Assembly: GCA_964593585.1 (NCBI GenBank)
Contig: CAZQIZ010000003.1
Span: 299-64,298, forward strand
Reading direction: 5' to 3'
Source: an uncultured Ignavibacteria bacterium
GTDB taxonomy: Bacteria; Zixibacteria; MSB-5A5; WJJR01
DNA length: 64,000 bases
A program made the position numbers and the translations under genes. How positions within the stretch are numbered: position 1 is the stretch's first letter; each line of letters starts with the position of its first letter. The notes below the pieces were generated by a model, which saw only the letters and a list, made by a program, of their open reading frames with translations, had not been told where the DNA came from and did not search any database. Positions 33,041 to 41,895 of this stretch are shown one piece after another.

Positions 33041-34315
33041 CTAATCGGTGATCCGCACCACGTGGTACTGCTTTTTCCCTTTGCGTAGCAGGAAGAGTTT
33101 GCCCTCGATGCTGTCGCTCATCGAGACGGCGTAATCGCGGTCGGTGATCTTGCGGCCGCCGAGAGAGATGCCGCCGCCCTCGATCGACCGCTTGCCGTCG
33201 CCCTTCGACGAGGCCACCCCCGCCAGATGCAGGAGCGTGGCCAGCTCCAGCCGGTTGCCGTCGATCTCGGCGCGGCGGATCTCGCTGGACGGTGCATCAT
33301 CGAGGACATCCAACAACTCCGCGGCCGACAACTCCGCCAATGCGCCGCTAAAGAACAGCTTCGAAACCTGCTCGGCGCGCGCCAAAGCATCATCGCCATG
33401 AGTCAGACGGGTCACCTCGCGCGCCAACACCTTCTGCGCCTCGCGCGCCTCGGGGCAGCTTTGGGTCGCCTCGGCCAGTTCGCGGATGGTCTTCTGGTCC
33501 AACCAGGTGAAGAACTTCAGGTAGTCGACCACGTCCTTGTCGTCGGTGTTGAGCCAGAACTGGTAGTACTTGTAGGGCGAGGTGCGCGACGCATCCAGCC
33601 AGACGGTTCCCGCTTCGGTCTTGCCGAACTTGGTTCCGCTCGCGGTGGTCACCAGCGGCGAGACCAGCCCGAAGGCCTGCCCGCCGCGGATGCGCCGGAT
33701 CAGATCGGCGCCCGAAACGATGTTGCCCCACTGGTCGCTGCCACCCATCTGCAGGGTGCAGCCGTGGCGCTCGTAGAGCATCAGAAAGTCGTACGCCTGC
33801 AGCAGCATGTAGGAGAACTCGGTAAAGGAGATCCCCTCCTGGCTTTCCAAGCGCCGGCGCACCGACTCGCGGCCGATCATGGCGTTGACCGAAAAGTGCT
33901 TGCCGATATCGCGCAGAAACGCGACGAAGTTGAGCGTATTGAGCCAGTCGCCGTTGTTGACGAAGATTGCGCGGCTGGCGCCATAGTCGAAGTCGAGGAA
34001 CTTTTGCAATTGGCGGTGGATCGCCGCCGCGTTCTCCTCCACCTGCGCCACCGTCAGCAGCGGTCGCTCGTTGGCCTTGCCGCTGGGGTCGCCAATCATG
34101 CCGGTGCCGCCGCCGACCACGGCAATCGGGCGATGCCCGGCTCGCTGCAAGCGCGCCAGATTCATGATCTGCATCAGGGAGCCAACATGCAGACTGGCGG
34201 CGGTCGGGTCGAAGCCGATGTAACCGGTCACGGTCTGGGATTGGAAGTGCTCCTCCAGGCCGGGGGTCATGTCAACCACCAGCCCGCGCCATCTCATGTC
34301 GTCCAGGAAGTTCAT
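33041..34315 (-). CDS. tyrS: tyrosine--tRNA ligase
   Basis: ORF 33041..34315. Class I HIGH-type HVGSLMQI, KMSKS-type KFGKTE, C-terminal S4 domain. Confidence 0.95.
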   Translation of the reverse strand: MNFLDDMRWRGLVVDMTPGLEEHFQSQTVTGYIGFDPTAASLHVGSLMQIMNLARLQRAGHRPIAVVGGGTGMIGDPSGKANERPLLTVAQVEENAAAIHRQLQKFLDFDYGASRAIFVNNGDWLNTLNFVAFLRDIGKHFSVNAMIGRESVRRRLESQEGISFTEFSYMLLQAYDFLMLYERHGCTLQMGGSDQWGNIVSGADLIRRIRGGQAFGLVSPLVTTASGTKFGKTEAGTVWLDASRTSPYKYYQFWLNTDDKDVVDYLKFFTWLDQKTIRELAEATQSCPEAREAQKVLAREVTRLTHGDDALARAEQVSKLFFSGALAELSAAELLDVLDDAPSSEIRRAEIDGNRLELATLLHLAGVASSKGDGKRSIEGGGISLGGRKITDRDYAVSMSDSIEGKLFLLRKGKKQYHVVRITD

Positions 34316-34428
34316 GGTCCGCTCCTTGTGGCCAATTTACGCCGACCCGTGTGTCGATCCAAGGCCCCAAAACGCCGCGCGGCGCCGCATCCCGCCGGCG
34401 CCGCGCGTGTCCCGTATGGGCGTGTCTC

Positions 34429-37035
34429 CTAAAGCGGTTTGAGTGTCAACAGATAGTCGCGCAGCGCCCGGATCTGTTCATCGGCGTCATCGTAAAGACG
34501 CTCCCCCTCCGAGTAGAAGAACGACGGCATGTTGGTGCCGGGATCGATCTTCTGCGGGTCGGTCAGCCAGTCGATGATCCAGTCGGGACGCAGACGTTCG
34601 TGCGCCAGCGCCAGATTGGGCGCCAGACTGGAGGCGCCCCGCCGGGCCAGCGACTCCTCGGAGAGGACATGGCAGGACAGGCACTGCAAGTCGTCAAAGA
34701 TCTCCTTGCCGCGCCGCACCGAGGCCGGATCAAGGTCTTCGACCTTCACATAGTGGAACGGCGCGATCACCCCGTTATACGCCATGAAATACTGATTGAT
34801 GGCGGTGATCTCCGCCGCCGTCAGGCCGAAAGTCGGCATGCGCATCCGCAACCAGGGTCGGATCGGATACGGTTCCCGCAGGAATTTGAACAGCCAATCC
34901 GACTGCACCTTGGCGCCCTCGGGCGTGAGCACCGGCGGCTGATACCCCTTGTCGGGGATGTAGGCGCGGATGTCGCCGCCGCGCCCTTCGAGCACATGAC
35001 AGCCGGTGCAGTTGTAATGATCGATGAGGGTGCGTCCCGCCTCCAACCGTTCGCGACGGTCGTCCAATTTCTCGCGATAATCCTCGTACACCTTGCGCCC
35101 GTCCCAGGAGCGCAACAGCATCGTGATCAGCTGCGCGTCCTCCTCGCTCATCGCGAAATCGGGCATGCGCTGGACCACCTGCTTGGTTTCGTAGCGGCGC
35201 GAGTCGGTCAACTTGCCCATGGTCCAGGCTTCCCAGGTCTCGGGCAAATCGGTCGCGTCGCCGAACGCCAGTTCGGTGGCATCCTTGGCGCCGAACGTGG
35301 TCAGTTCGACCGAGACCTTCCCTTCCTTCTCCATCCCCGGAATCTCATGGCAACCAAAGCAACCATAAGTGCGGATCCAGTACTCGCCTTGGCGCTTCAA
35401 TTCATCCGCCGAATACGACAGCGACGGCGACGGCGTGGGTGTGTAGGCGGGATCGCGCAAGGTGAGCAGGTAGGCTGTGATGTCCTCGGCCTCGGCGTCG
35501 GTCAGGCGCAACGAGGGCATCCGTGTGTCGGGGTTGTAGGCGCGCGGGTTTTTCAGCCAGCCGTAGAGCCATGTCCCCGAGACTTTGTTGCCGATGCGCG
35601 AAAGGTTGGGACCGTGGTCGATTTTCGAGGCGCGTGAAACATCGCTGGCCCGTTGCGCCAGATCACCGATCTGGTGACAGCCGAGACATCCGACCGACTG
35701 GACCAGCTCCAGGCCGCGGCGCGCATCGCCGGTCGCGCGGTACGTCGGCCAATCCTCGCCCGGTGAATCCTTCGACACCGCGCGCAGATAATGCGTGACC
35801 GCCACCACCTCTGAATCGGGCATGCGGAAATTGGGCATGCGTGTGTCGGGACGGAAGTGCCGCGGATTCTTGATCCAGTCGAACATCCACTCGGCGCTGA
35901 CCTTGGCGTTCACCTTGTCCAGACGCGGCGCGACCTTTGCCAGGTGGTTGTAACCTTCGATGTCGTGGCAACCGAAGCAGCCCCAGCGTCGCACCTTTTC
36001 CTGCGCCAACGTCAGTTTCTCGGCGTGATCGAGCCAGATGCGGTTCTGGTGGCACTTCTGACAGCCCGCCTCGCGCATGCGCGCGGCCAGCATCGGGTGG
36101 TCCCAGTACTTCTTGGGCGCATGCGCGTCCGCCTCGGTCAGCGCCGGTCCCTGGCCATCATGACAGGGTGTGCAGCCGAACTTCTCGACCGGGTGATTCT
36201 TGAAGTACTCATCCATGCGCGGATGGGCGGCAAACGGCTGCGGCGCGCCGGCAAACTCGGGCTTGTCAATGCCGACATGGCAGGTCATGCAGCGGTCGAC
36301 ACGGATGATCGGGTTCTCAAATTCGTTGGGTTCATAGTCGGGCAGGATGATCTGCTTGACCTTGATCGGCCGGCTCTCGATCGCCGCCAGTCGCTCGTTA
36401 AGTTTGCTGATCTCCTGCGTCTTCCCCTGAATCAATCCCGCCAGCGAATCAATCGGCCCTTCGAGGGCGTCGATGGCATGCTGGATCGAATCGCGACCCG
36501 CGGCCTTGACCCGGATGATCGGCAGAAGCGAGTCCATCACCCGCTTGAGCGACTCGGTCTCCCGCTCCAGATCGCTGTAATCGTGTCCGGCGTGTTTGGC
36601 CTCGGTGTAGAAGTAGAACTTCTCGTCGTAGGTGCTCTTGGTGAACTGGTACTCGCGGTTGACCTTGAACAGATCAAAATCGCGGTCTTTCAGTTCCGTC
36701 TGCAGCGCATGGTACTGGCTGTTGTCTGCCAGCGCCGCGCGCATCGCCTCCAACTGTTGCTGGAGACCGGCGCGGGTCTGCGACGGATCGGACGCCTGCT
36801 CGGCCTGCTCCAGCGCGGCCGCCAGCGAATCACGGCGCGCCGCGACCATGTTGTATTCGTATTCGTTGAAACGGCGCTGCCAGTCCTTCCAGGGCCGCCG
36901 GACGATCACCTCATCGGCCACCGCCCAGAGCGTGCCCAGCGCCAGCACCAGCGCGAAGACGAAGAAATACACGCCATAGGGGCGTTTTTCGACCGGTATT
37001 TCGGCGCGGCGCATAGAGGTCGTCTCTTCGCTCAT
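34429..37035 (-). CDS. membrane-anchored octaheme c-type cytochrome, predicted c subunit of the adjacent bc complex
   Basis: ORF 34429..37035, 868 aa. N-terminal TM helix, ~200 aa coiled-coil-like stalk, eight CxxCH motifs, recurring DTRMP/GTNMP Met-ligand motifs. Confidence 0.85.
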   Translation of the reverse strand: MSEETTSMRRAEIPVEKRPYGVYFFVFALVLALGTLWAVADEVIVRRPWKDWQRRFNEYEYNMVAARRDSLAAALEQAEQASDPSQTRAGLQQQLEAMRAALADNSQYHALQTELKDRDFDLFKVNREYQFTKSTYDEKFYFYTEAKHAGHDYSDLERETESLKRVMDSLLPIIRVKAAGRDSIQHAIDALEGPIDSLAGLIQGKTQEISKLNERLAAIESRPIKVKQIILPDYEPNEFENPIIRVDRCMTCHVGIDKPEFAGAPQPFAAHPRMDEYFKNHPVEKFGCTPCHDGQGPALTEADAHAPKKYWDHPMLAARMREAGCQKCHQNRIWLDHAEKLTLAQEKVRRWGCFGCHDIEGYNHLAKVAPRLDKVNAKVSAEWMFDWIKNPRHFRPDTRMPNFRMPDSEVVAVTHYLRAVSKDSPGEDWPTYRATGDARRGLELVQSVGCLGCHQIGDLAQRASDVSRASKIDHGPNLSRIGNKVSGTWLYGWLKNPRAYNPDTRMPSLRLTDAEAEDITAYLLTLRDPAYTPTPSPSLSYSADELKRQGEYWIRTYGCFGCHEIPGMEKEGKVSVELTTFGAKDATELAFGDATDLPETWEAWTMGKLTDSRRYETKQVVQRMPDFAMSEEDAQLITMLLRSWDGRKVYEDYREKLDDRRERLEAGRTLIDHYNCTGCHVLEGRGGDIRAYIPDKGYQPPVLTPEGAKVQSDWLFKFLREPYPIRPWLRMRMPTFGLTAAEITAINQYFMAYNGVIAPFHYVKVEDLDPASVRRGKEIFDDLQCLSCHVLSEESLARRGASSLAPNLALAHERLRPDWIIDWLTDPQKIDPGTNMPSFFYSEGERLYDDADEQIRALRDYLLTLKPL

Positions 37036-37044
37036 GCGGTTGTC

Positions 37045-37914
37045 TCAGACATTAAACCAGGGCGTCACCCAGACGTACTTGATGTTCAAGGTCCAGCGCA
37101 AAAGCATCTTGATCGGCAGCCCCATCATCGACAAGAAGAGGAACGAGACGATGGCATAGCGCACCAGGCCCATCTTTTCCAAGACCGGCATCGACTTGCG
37201 CTTCCACAGCCAAAAGAGCGGACCCAGGGCGAAGTAGCCGCCCACAACAACGAACCCGAAGAGGAGAGCGATTGTCTTGTCGTGGATGCCGAAAAGCTCA
37301 TGCAAATCGACATTGGTCAGCGCCACTACCTTGTGCGGGTCCCAGGTCTGCCAGGGCCAGAAGAAGTACCACCCCGGCCCGCGCAGGAAAGTGCCGACGA
37401 AGATCAGGATCACCCACAGTACGATAAACCCGAACATGTAGGTCCAAATGGCGAACTTGCGCTGCTTGTAGGAATAGTAGCCGTTGCCCTGCGGGTTGAT
37501 GTCGATATAGGGTATCAGCATCAGCCCGACGATGATCAGACTGGGCAGCACCACGCCGGCAATCCACGGATCGAAGTAGACCAGCATCTCCTGCAGGCCG
37601 AGGAAGTACCAGGGGGCCTTCGACGGGTTCGGTGTGCGGGTCGGATTGGCCGCTTCTTCCAGCGGCGCGTTGATGAAAATCGACCACACCGTCAGCAGCG
37701 CCATGACCACAATCGCGGCGAGAAACTCGATCCGCACCAGGAAGGGCCAGACATGCACCTTGTCGGGCACCGGCAACGCGCCGGTCTTTTCGAGACTGGC
37801 GTCATTGCGCAACGCCTGCTTCATCCCCCACCAGACATAGAAGGCGACGAGGAAGAGCATGATGACAATCGGAATGTTGTCACCCTTGCTGACGATGTCC
37901 CAGAGTTGATGCAT
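37045..37914 (-). CDS. cytochrome bc complex subunit IV-like protein (cytochrome b C-terminal half, extended)
   Basis: ORF 37045..37914. PEWY-type motif APWYFLGLQEML, multiple TM helices, no heme-c motif. Confidence 0.8.
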   Translation of the reverse strand: MHQLWDIVSKGDNIPIVIMLFLVAFYVWWGMKQALRNDASLEKTGALPVPDKVHVWPFLVRIEFLAAIVVMALLTVWSIFINAPLEEAANPTRTPNPSKAPWYFLGLQEMLVYFDPWIAGVVLPSLIIVGLMLIPYIDINPQGNGYYSYKQRKFAIWTYMFGFIVLWVILIFVGTFLRGPGWYFFWPWQTWDPHKVVALTNVDLHELFGIHDKTIALLFGFVVVGGYFALGPLFWLWKRKSMPVLEKMGLVRYAIVSFLFLSMMGLPIKMLLRWTLNIKYVWVTPWFNV

Positions 37915-38071
37915 GCTCTCAACCTACCCTGTCAACGAAGCTCGATGGCTGAAACTGCTCTCCCATTCGCCGTGGCGGATCGTCTTTCCGACCCGCTCTC
38001 CTCGCTTGGGAGGGCGAGGTTCCTGCCGAACCGCGTTGTTCCCACACACCCAATCCATCCGATACCGCCCG

Positions 38072-38848
38072 CTACACCTTCCCCGTCGGCCCGGAAATCC
38101 CGCCGTCCTTGCGAATGCGCCAGAAGTGCACAATCATGAAGATCCCGATCGCCACCGGCAGGAACACGCAATGCAGGACATAGAATCGCAAGAGCGCCGG
38201 CGGCCCGACCTGGGTGCCGCCCAGAAGCAGGAAACGCACATCGTTGTCCGGTTTCATGCCGATCTGCGGACCCAGGGGTCCTTCATGCCCCAAAAGCGGC
38301 GTGGCCCGCGCCATGTTGGTGCCGACCGTGACCGCCCAAATCGCCAATTGATCCCACGGCAGCAGGTATCCGGTGAAGGACAAGAGCAGAGTGAGCACCA
38401 GCAGGATGACGCCGATCACCCAGTTGAATTCGCGCGGCGGTTTGTAGGAGCCGGTCATGAAGACGCGCAGCATGTGCAGCCAGACGGTGATGACCATCGC
38501 ATGCGCCGCCCAGCGGTGCATGTTGCGGATGAACGCCCCGAACGGGACATCGTTCATCAGGTACTTCATGTCGTAGTAGGCGTACTGGTCGGTCGGCCGG
38601 TAGTAGAACATGAGGACCACGCCGGTCACCGTCAGCACCAGAAAGATGAAGAAGGAAATCCCCCCCATTCCCCAGGTGTAGCGCACCTCGACCGCGTGCC
38701 GTGAAATCTTGGTCGGATGCAGGTGCAACCAGATGTTGGAGAGAATCTGCAGGTAGCGGTTGCGCTCGGTGTCCTTGTAGTCGTGCCGGAAGACCGACTT
38801 CCAAACCGGCGACTTGGTGACCGACTTCTTGAGATCCGCAAGCGGCAT
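38072..38848 (-). CDS. cytochrome b6-type subunit (cytochrome b N-terminal half)
   Basis: ORF 38072..38848. Four-helix cyt b core with conserved His pairs (HRWAAH...WLHMLRV / VLHCVFLP...HFW). Confidence 0.88.
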   Translation of the reverse strand: MPLADLKKSVTKSPVWKSVFRHDYKDTERNRYLQILSNIWLHLHPTKISRHAVEVRYTWGMGGISFFIFLVLTVTGVVLMFYYRPTDQYAYYDMKYLMNDVPFGAFIRNMHRWAAHAMVITVWLHMLRVFMTGSYKPPREFNWVIGVILLVLTLLLSFTGYLLPWDQLAIWAVTVGTNMARATPLLGHEGPLGPQIGMKPDNDVRFLLLGGTQVGPPALLRFYVLHCVFLPVAIGIFMIVHFWRIRKDGGISGPTGKV

Positions 38849-38872
38849 GCGCGACCCGTCTTTCGTGCAGGG

Positions 38873-39574
38873 CTAAACGCTCAGATACGACTGGGGATTG
38901 TCCCAGCCGCCGTTTTCGTACAGGAACTTAATCGACTTGTCGATTAGGATCGTGCCATCCTCGGCACGGGAAATCTTGACCCGCTCCAGCGCCCGCGGCG
39001 CCGGGCCCTCGAAATTGACCCCGGTGCGGTAGAATCCGGAACCGTGGCAAGGGCACTTGAACTTGTCTTCCTTCTCCAGCCAGCGCGGAGTGCAGCCCAA
39101 ATGGGTGCAGATCCCGGAGAGGGCGTAGATCCGGTTTCCTTCACGCACCACCCAGACACGGAAATCCTTCATCCATTTGGTGGAGACCGTGCCGGGCAGA
39201 TACTCCTCCGGGAATCCGGCGCGGAAGATCGGCGAGGGTTCAAAAAGCACGCGCGGAAACATGTAGCGCAGCGTGCCGATCAACATCACACCGAGAAACG
39301 AGAAGATCGACAGCCATCCCAGCTTGGCGAAAAAGTCCCGGCGCGAATAGCGCCAGATGTTGGTGTCGGATTCCTCGGCGGCGGCGGTGCGCCGCAGACC
39401 ATCGGCCTTCTTCTCCGGGCGCGGCGGCACCGGCACCGGCGCTGCCACCGCCCCACGTTCGGCGGGCGGAACACGGCGCACCTCCGGCCCCACCGGTTCT
39501 CCGGCGGGCGTGGGACGAGGCGCTTGGGAGTCGCCCCCGGTCAGCCCCTGGCCTTCCGTTCTCTCGTCGCTCAT
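38873..39574 (-). CDS. Rieske [2Fe-2S] iron-sulfur protein with Tat signal
   Basis: Start MSDERTEG at ATG 39574 within ORF 38873..39673. Twin-arginine SRRDFF and a TM helix. Rieske boxes CTHLGC and CPCHGS. Confidence 0.88.
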   Translation of the reverse strand: MSDERTEGQGLTGGDSQAPRPTPAGEPVGPEVRRVPPAERGAVAAPVPVPPRPEKKADGLRRTAAAEESDTNIWRYSRRDFFAKLGWLSIFSFLGVMLIGTLRYMFPRVLFEPSPIFRAGFPEEYLPGTVSTKWMKDFRVWVVREGNRIYALSGICTHLGCTPRWLEKEDKFKCPCHGSGFYRTGVNFEGPAPRALERVKISRAEDGTILIDKSIKFLYENGGWDNPQSYLSV

Positions 39575-39874
39575 GTCATTGCGCCTGCGGCCTGCCCGGA
39601 AATTCGGGCGCCTGCATAAGCACGATGTTTTGGTTTGAAAGGTCGCAGACACAGTTCCGTGTGTCTGATTCACTACTGATTTAATCCGGTCTCTGCGACC
39701 GTGTCAAGATATTCTGGATCGTTTCAGTCGCGATTTTGCCATCCCGCCGATGGCGATTGTGACCCGCCGGCAGGCGCACGGGAGACTGGCAATTGGGTTG
39801 GCGAGGCCGTATTATGCGACGTTTGGTCGCACGGACGGTCCGCGAGGGCCACGACCGCGCGACATCCGCATACC

Positions 39875-39964
39875 GGAGAGGTGGCCGAGCTGGCTTAAGG
39901 CAGCTGCCTGCTAAGCAGTTAGTGGGCTAACACCCACTCCCGGGTTCGAATCCCGGCCTCTCCG
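39875..39964 (+). tRNA. tRNA-Ser (anticodon GCU), class II with long variable arm
   Basis: Manual fold. Acceptor GGAGAGG/CCTCTCC, anticodon stem GCTGC/GCAGT with loop CTGCTAA, variable stem AGTGGG/CCCACT, T-arm CCGGG-TTCGAAT-CCCGG, discriminator G. Confidence 0.9.
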
Positions 39965-40015
39965 CTGGCTTTGGGCAGGCATCGGCTTGTGCGGTGCAGG
40001 TTGTGGGGGCTGCCG

Positions 40016-40318
40016 ATGGCGAAAATCCGCAAGCCTTGGTTTGTCTACCTGGTCCGTTGCGCAGACGGGTCGATCTATACCGGTATCAGCGATGATGTAG
40101 ACGCACGCCTCGAGAAGCACAACAAAGGTCGCGGCGCGCGGTACACCGCCCAGCGGCGGCCGGTGTCGCTCCTGCACACCGAAAAACACCCGGACCAGGG
40201 AAGCGCCATGCGTCGGGAACGGCAGATTAAGACATGGTCAAAGTCTGAAAAGGAAGAGCTGGCCCGGGTAGACGCCGGGAAGCGCAGCTCGCCACGACGG
40301 CGCAAGACGGCCACGTAG
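40016..40318 (+). CDS. GIY-YIG nuclease superfamily protein (UPF0213/YhbQ-like)
   Basis: Start MAKIRKPWFVYLVRCADGSIYTGISDD at ATG 40016. GIY-YIG core plus a basic C-terminal tail. Immediately downstream of tRNA-Ser. Confidence 0.75.
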   Translation: MAKIRKPWFVYLVRCADGSIYTGISDDVDARLEKHNKGRGARYTAQRRPVSLLHTEKHPDQGSAMRRERQIKTWSKSEKEELARVDAGKRSSPRRRKTAT

Positions 40319-40371
40319 TTCAACAGGCTTACCCCAAGGAATACTTCCAAATTCCCAGATAACTTCGGCTA

Positions 40372-41480
40372 TTACGAAGCAGCGGGCGTGCCTATCCCCA
40401 CGTCCCGTCCTTCGCCGTGGGCGAGCACCCAGAATTCGGGTTTGGGGTCGGGCTCCTGTGCCAGCGCCGCATGGAGGACTTCGACCGGCTCGGTCTCACC
40501 ATCGTCACCCAGATGGAAGGTGCCAAAGTGGATCGGCACCGTCACGGCCGCGCGCACCACTTTGTGCGCCTTGACCGCCTCCTCCGGACTGATGTGCACC
40601 GGCGACATGAACCAACGCGGACGGAAGGCGCCGATCGGCAAAAGCGCGAGGCGAAATGGCCCGAGGCGCTGCCCGATTTCCTCCAGATGCGGCCCCCAGC
40701 CGGTGTCGGCCGCGAAGTAGACATTCCCCGCCGTCGACTCCAGCACAAACCCCGCCCACAATGTCGCGCTGCGATCGCAAAAGCCGCGTCCGGAGAAGTG
40801 CTGCGCGGGGACACAGTGCAGCCGCACCCCCGGACTCAGGTCAAAGGTCTGCCACCAATCCAACTCGGCGGTGATGGGAATCCCCTGCGGTTCCAGAAAC
40901 GCACGGTTGCCGAGGGTGACAATGGTGCGCGGGCGATGCCGTGTCGCCAGAGTCTGCAGCGTAACCGGGTCCATGTGGTCATAGTGATTGTGGCTGAGCA
41001 GGACCACATCGATCGGCGGCAGGGCGTCGAGCGCGATCCCCGGCGCCTTGTGCCGCTTCGGCCCCATCCAGGTGAAGGGGCTGGCGCGCTCGGCCCAGAT
41101 CGGGTCGGTGAGAATATTTAGGCCGTCGAGTTGCAGCAGGACCGTCGCATGATTGATGAAGGTCACGCGCAACTGCCCGGCGCCGACACGCTCCGGCGGC
41201 GGCGGTTGCGGCGCGATTTCGGTCCAATCATTCCAGTGGCCAGGCTCACGGTTGAAAATCCACTTGAGCATTGATCCGCCACCGGCCATCGGCTTCGGAT
41301 CGGGATTGAGAAACCGTTTGCCATCAAAGTGATCGCTCACCGGACCTTGATAAGGCGGCGCGGAGAAGGCGCAACGGACCGTGAAGCCGGTCAGGCCCAG
41401 CACCCCCAGTGTGCCGCCGGTAATGGCTAAGAATTTACGTCGACGCAGTCCTGGCTCCCGGATTGGCGTCCGGCCCAATT
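40372..41480 (-). CDS. MBL-fold metallo-hydrolase with Tat signal (start uncertain, probably TTG/GTG near 41440-41500)
   Basis: ORF 40372..41679. Metal site LLSHNHYDHMD. Twin-arginine LRRRKFLAITGG. The two 5' ATGs overlap rpmG on the opposite strand, so a later non-ATG start is inferred. Confidence 0.7.
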
Positions 41481-41629
41481 GCCGGATCGTGTTGATACGC
41501 AACGACTCAGGCCGATCTTTGCCCTTTTGCTCCCCGGCCTGTGAAATGGGCTGGCAGATCGGGATTGTATCGGTTATACTTAATGTCTGCCCGGCTCGCG
41601 CCGGGTGAAACTCGAAGGCAGGTTGAGTC

Positions 41630-41797
41630 ATGGCCAAGTCGAAACGCGAACAGATTAAGCTGGAAAGCACCGCCGGCACCGGCTACTTCTATGTCACCAC
41701 GCGCAACAAGCGCAAGGGGGACACGAAGCTGGAGCTGATGAAGTATGATCCCAAGGTGCGCAAGCATGTGCTGTTCAAAGAGAAGAATCTGCGTTAG
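41630..41797 (+). CDS. rpmG: 50S ribosomal protein L33
   Basis: 55-aa ORF, below the ORF-track cutoff: [55 protein letters not shown]. Near-identical pattern to bacterial L33. Confidence 0.9.
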   Translation: MAKSKREQIKLESTAGTGYFYVTTRNKRKGDTKLELMKYDPKVRKHVLFKEKNLR

Positions 41798-41821
41798 CGG
41801 AAACTGAATTCGGAAATCTCC

Positions 41822-41861
41822 GGGCGGCGTTCGGTGTGCGGACGCCGCCTTACGTGTTTTT
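41822..41861 (+). terminator. intrinsic terminator after rpmG
   Basis: GGCGGCG-N13-CGCCGCC stem followed by TTACGTGTTTTTGG. Confidence 0.55.
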
Positions 41862-41895
41862 GGCAAATCGCAGCAAGAACCACCAGGAGCCCTTC

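Noticed and set aside
35857-38139. 760-aa plus ORF (and 34351..35637)
   Set aside because: Antisense to the octaheme cytochrome and cyt b genes. The CxxCH and PEWY motifs are only in the minus frames.
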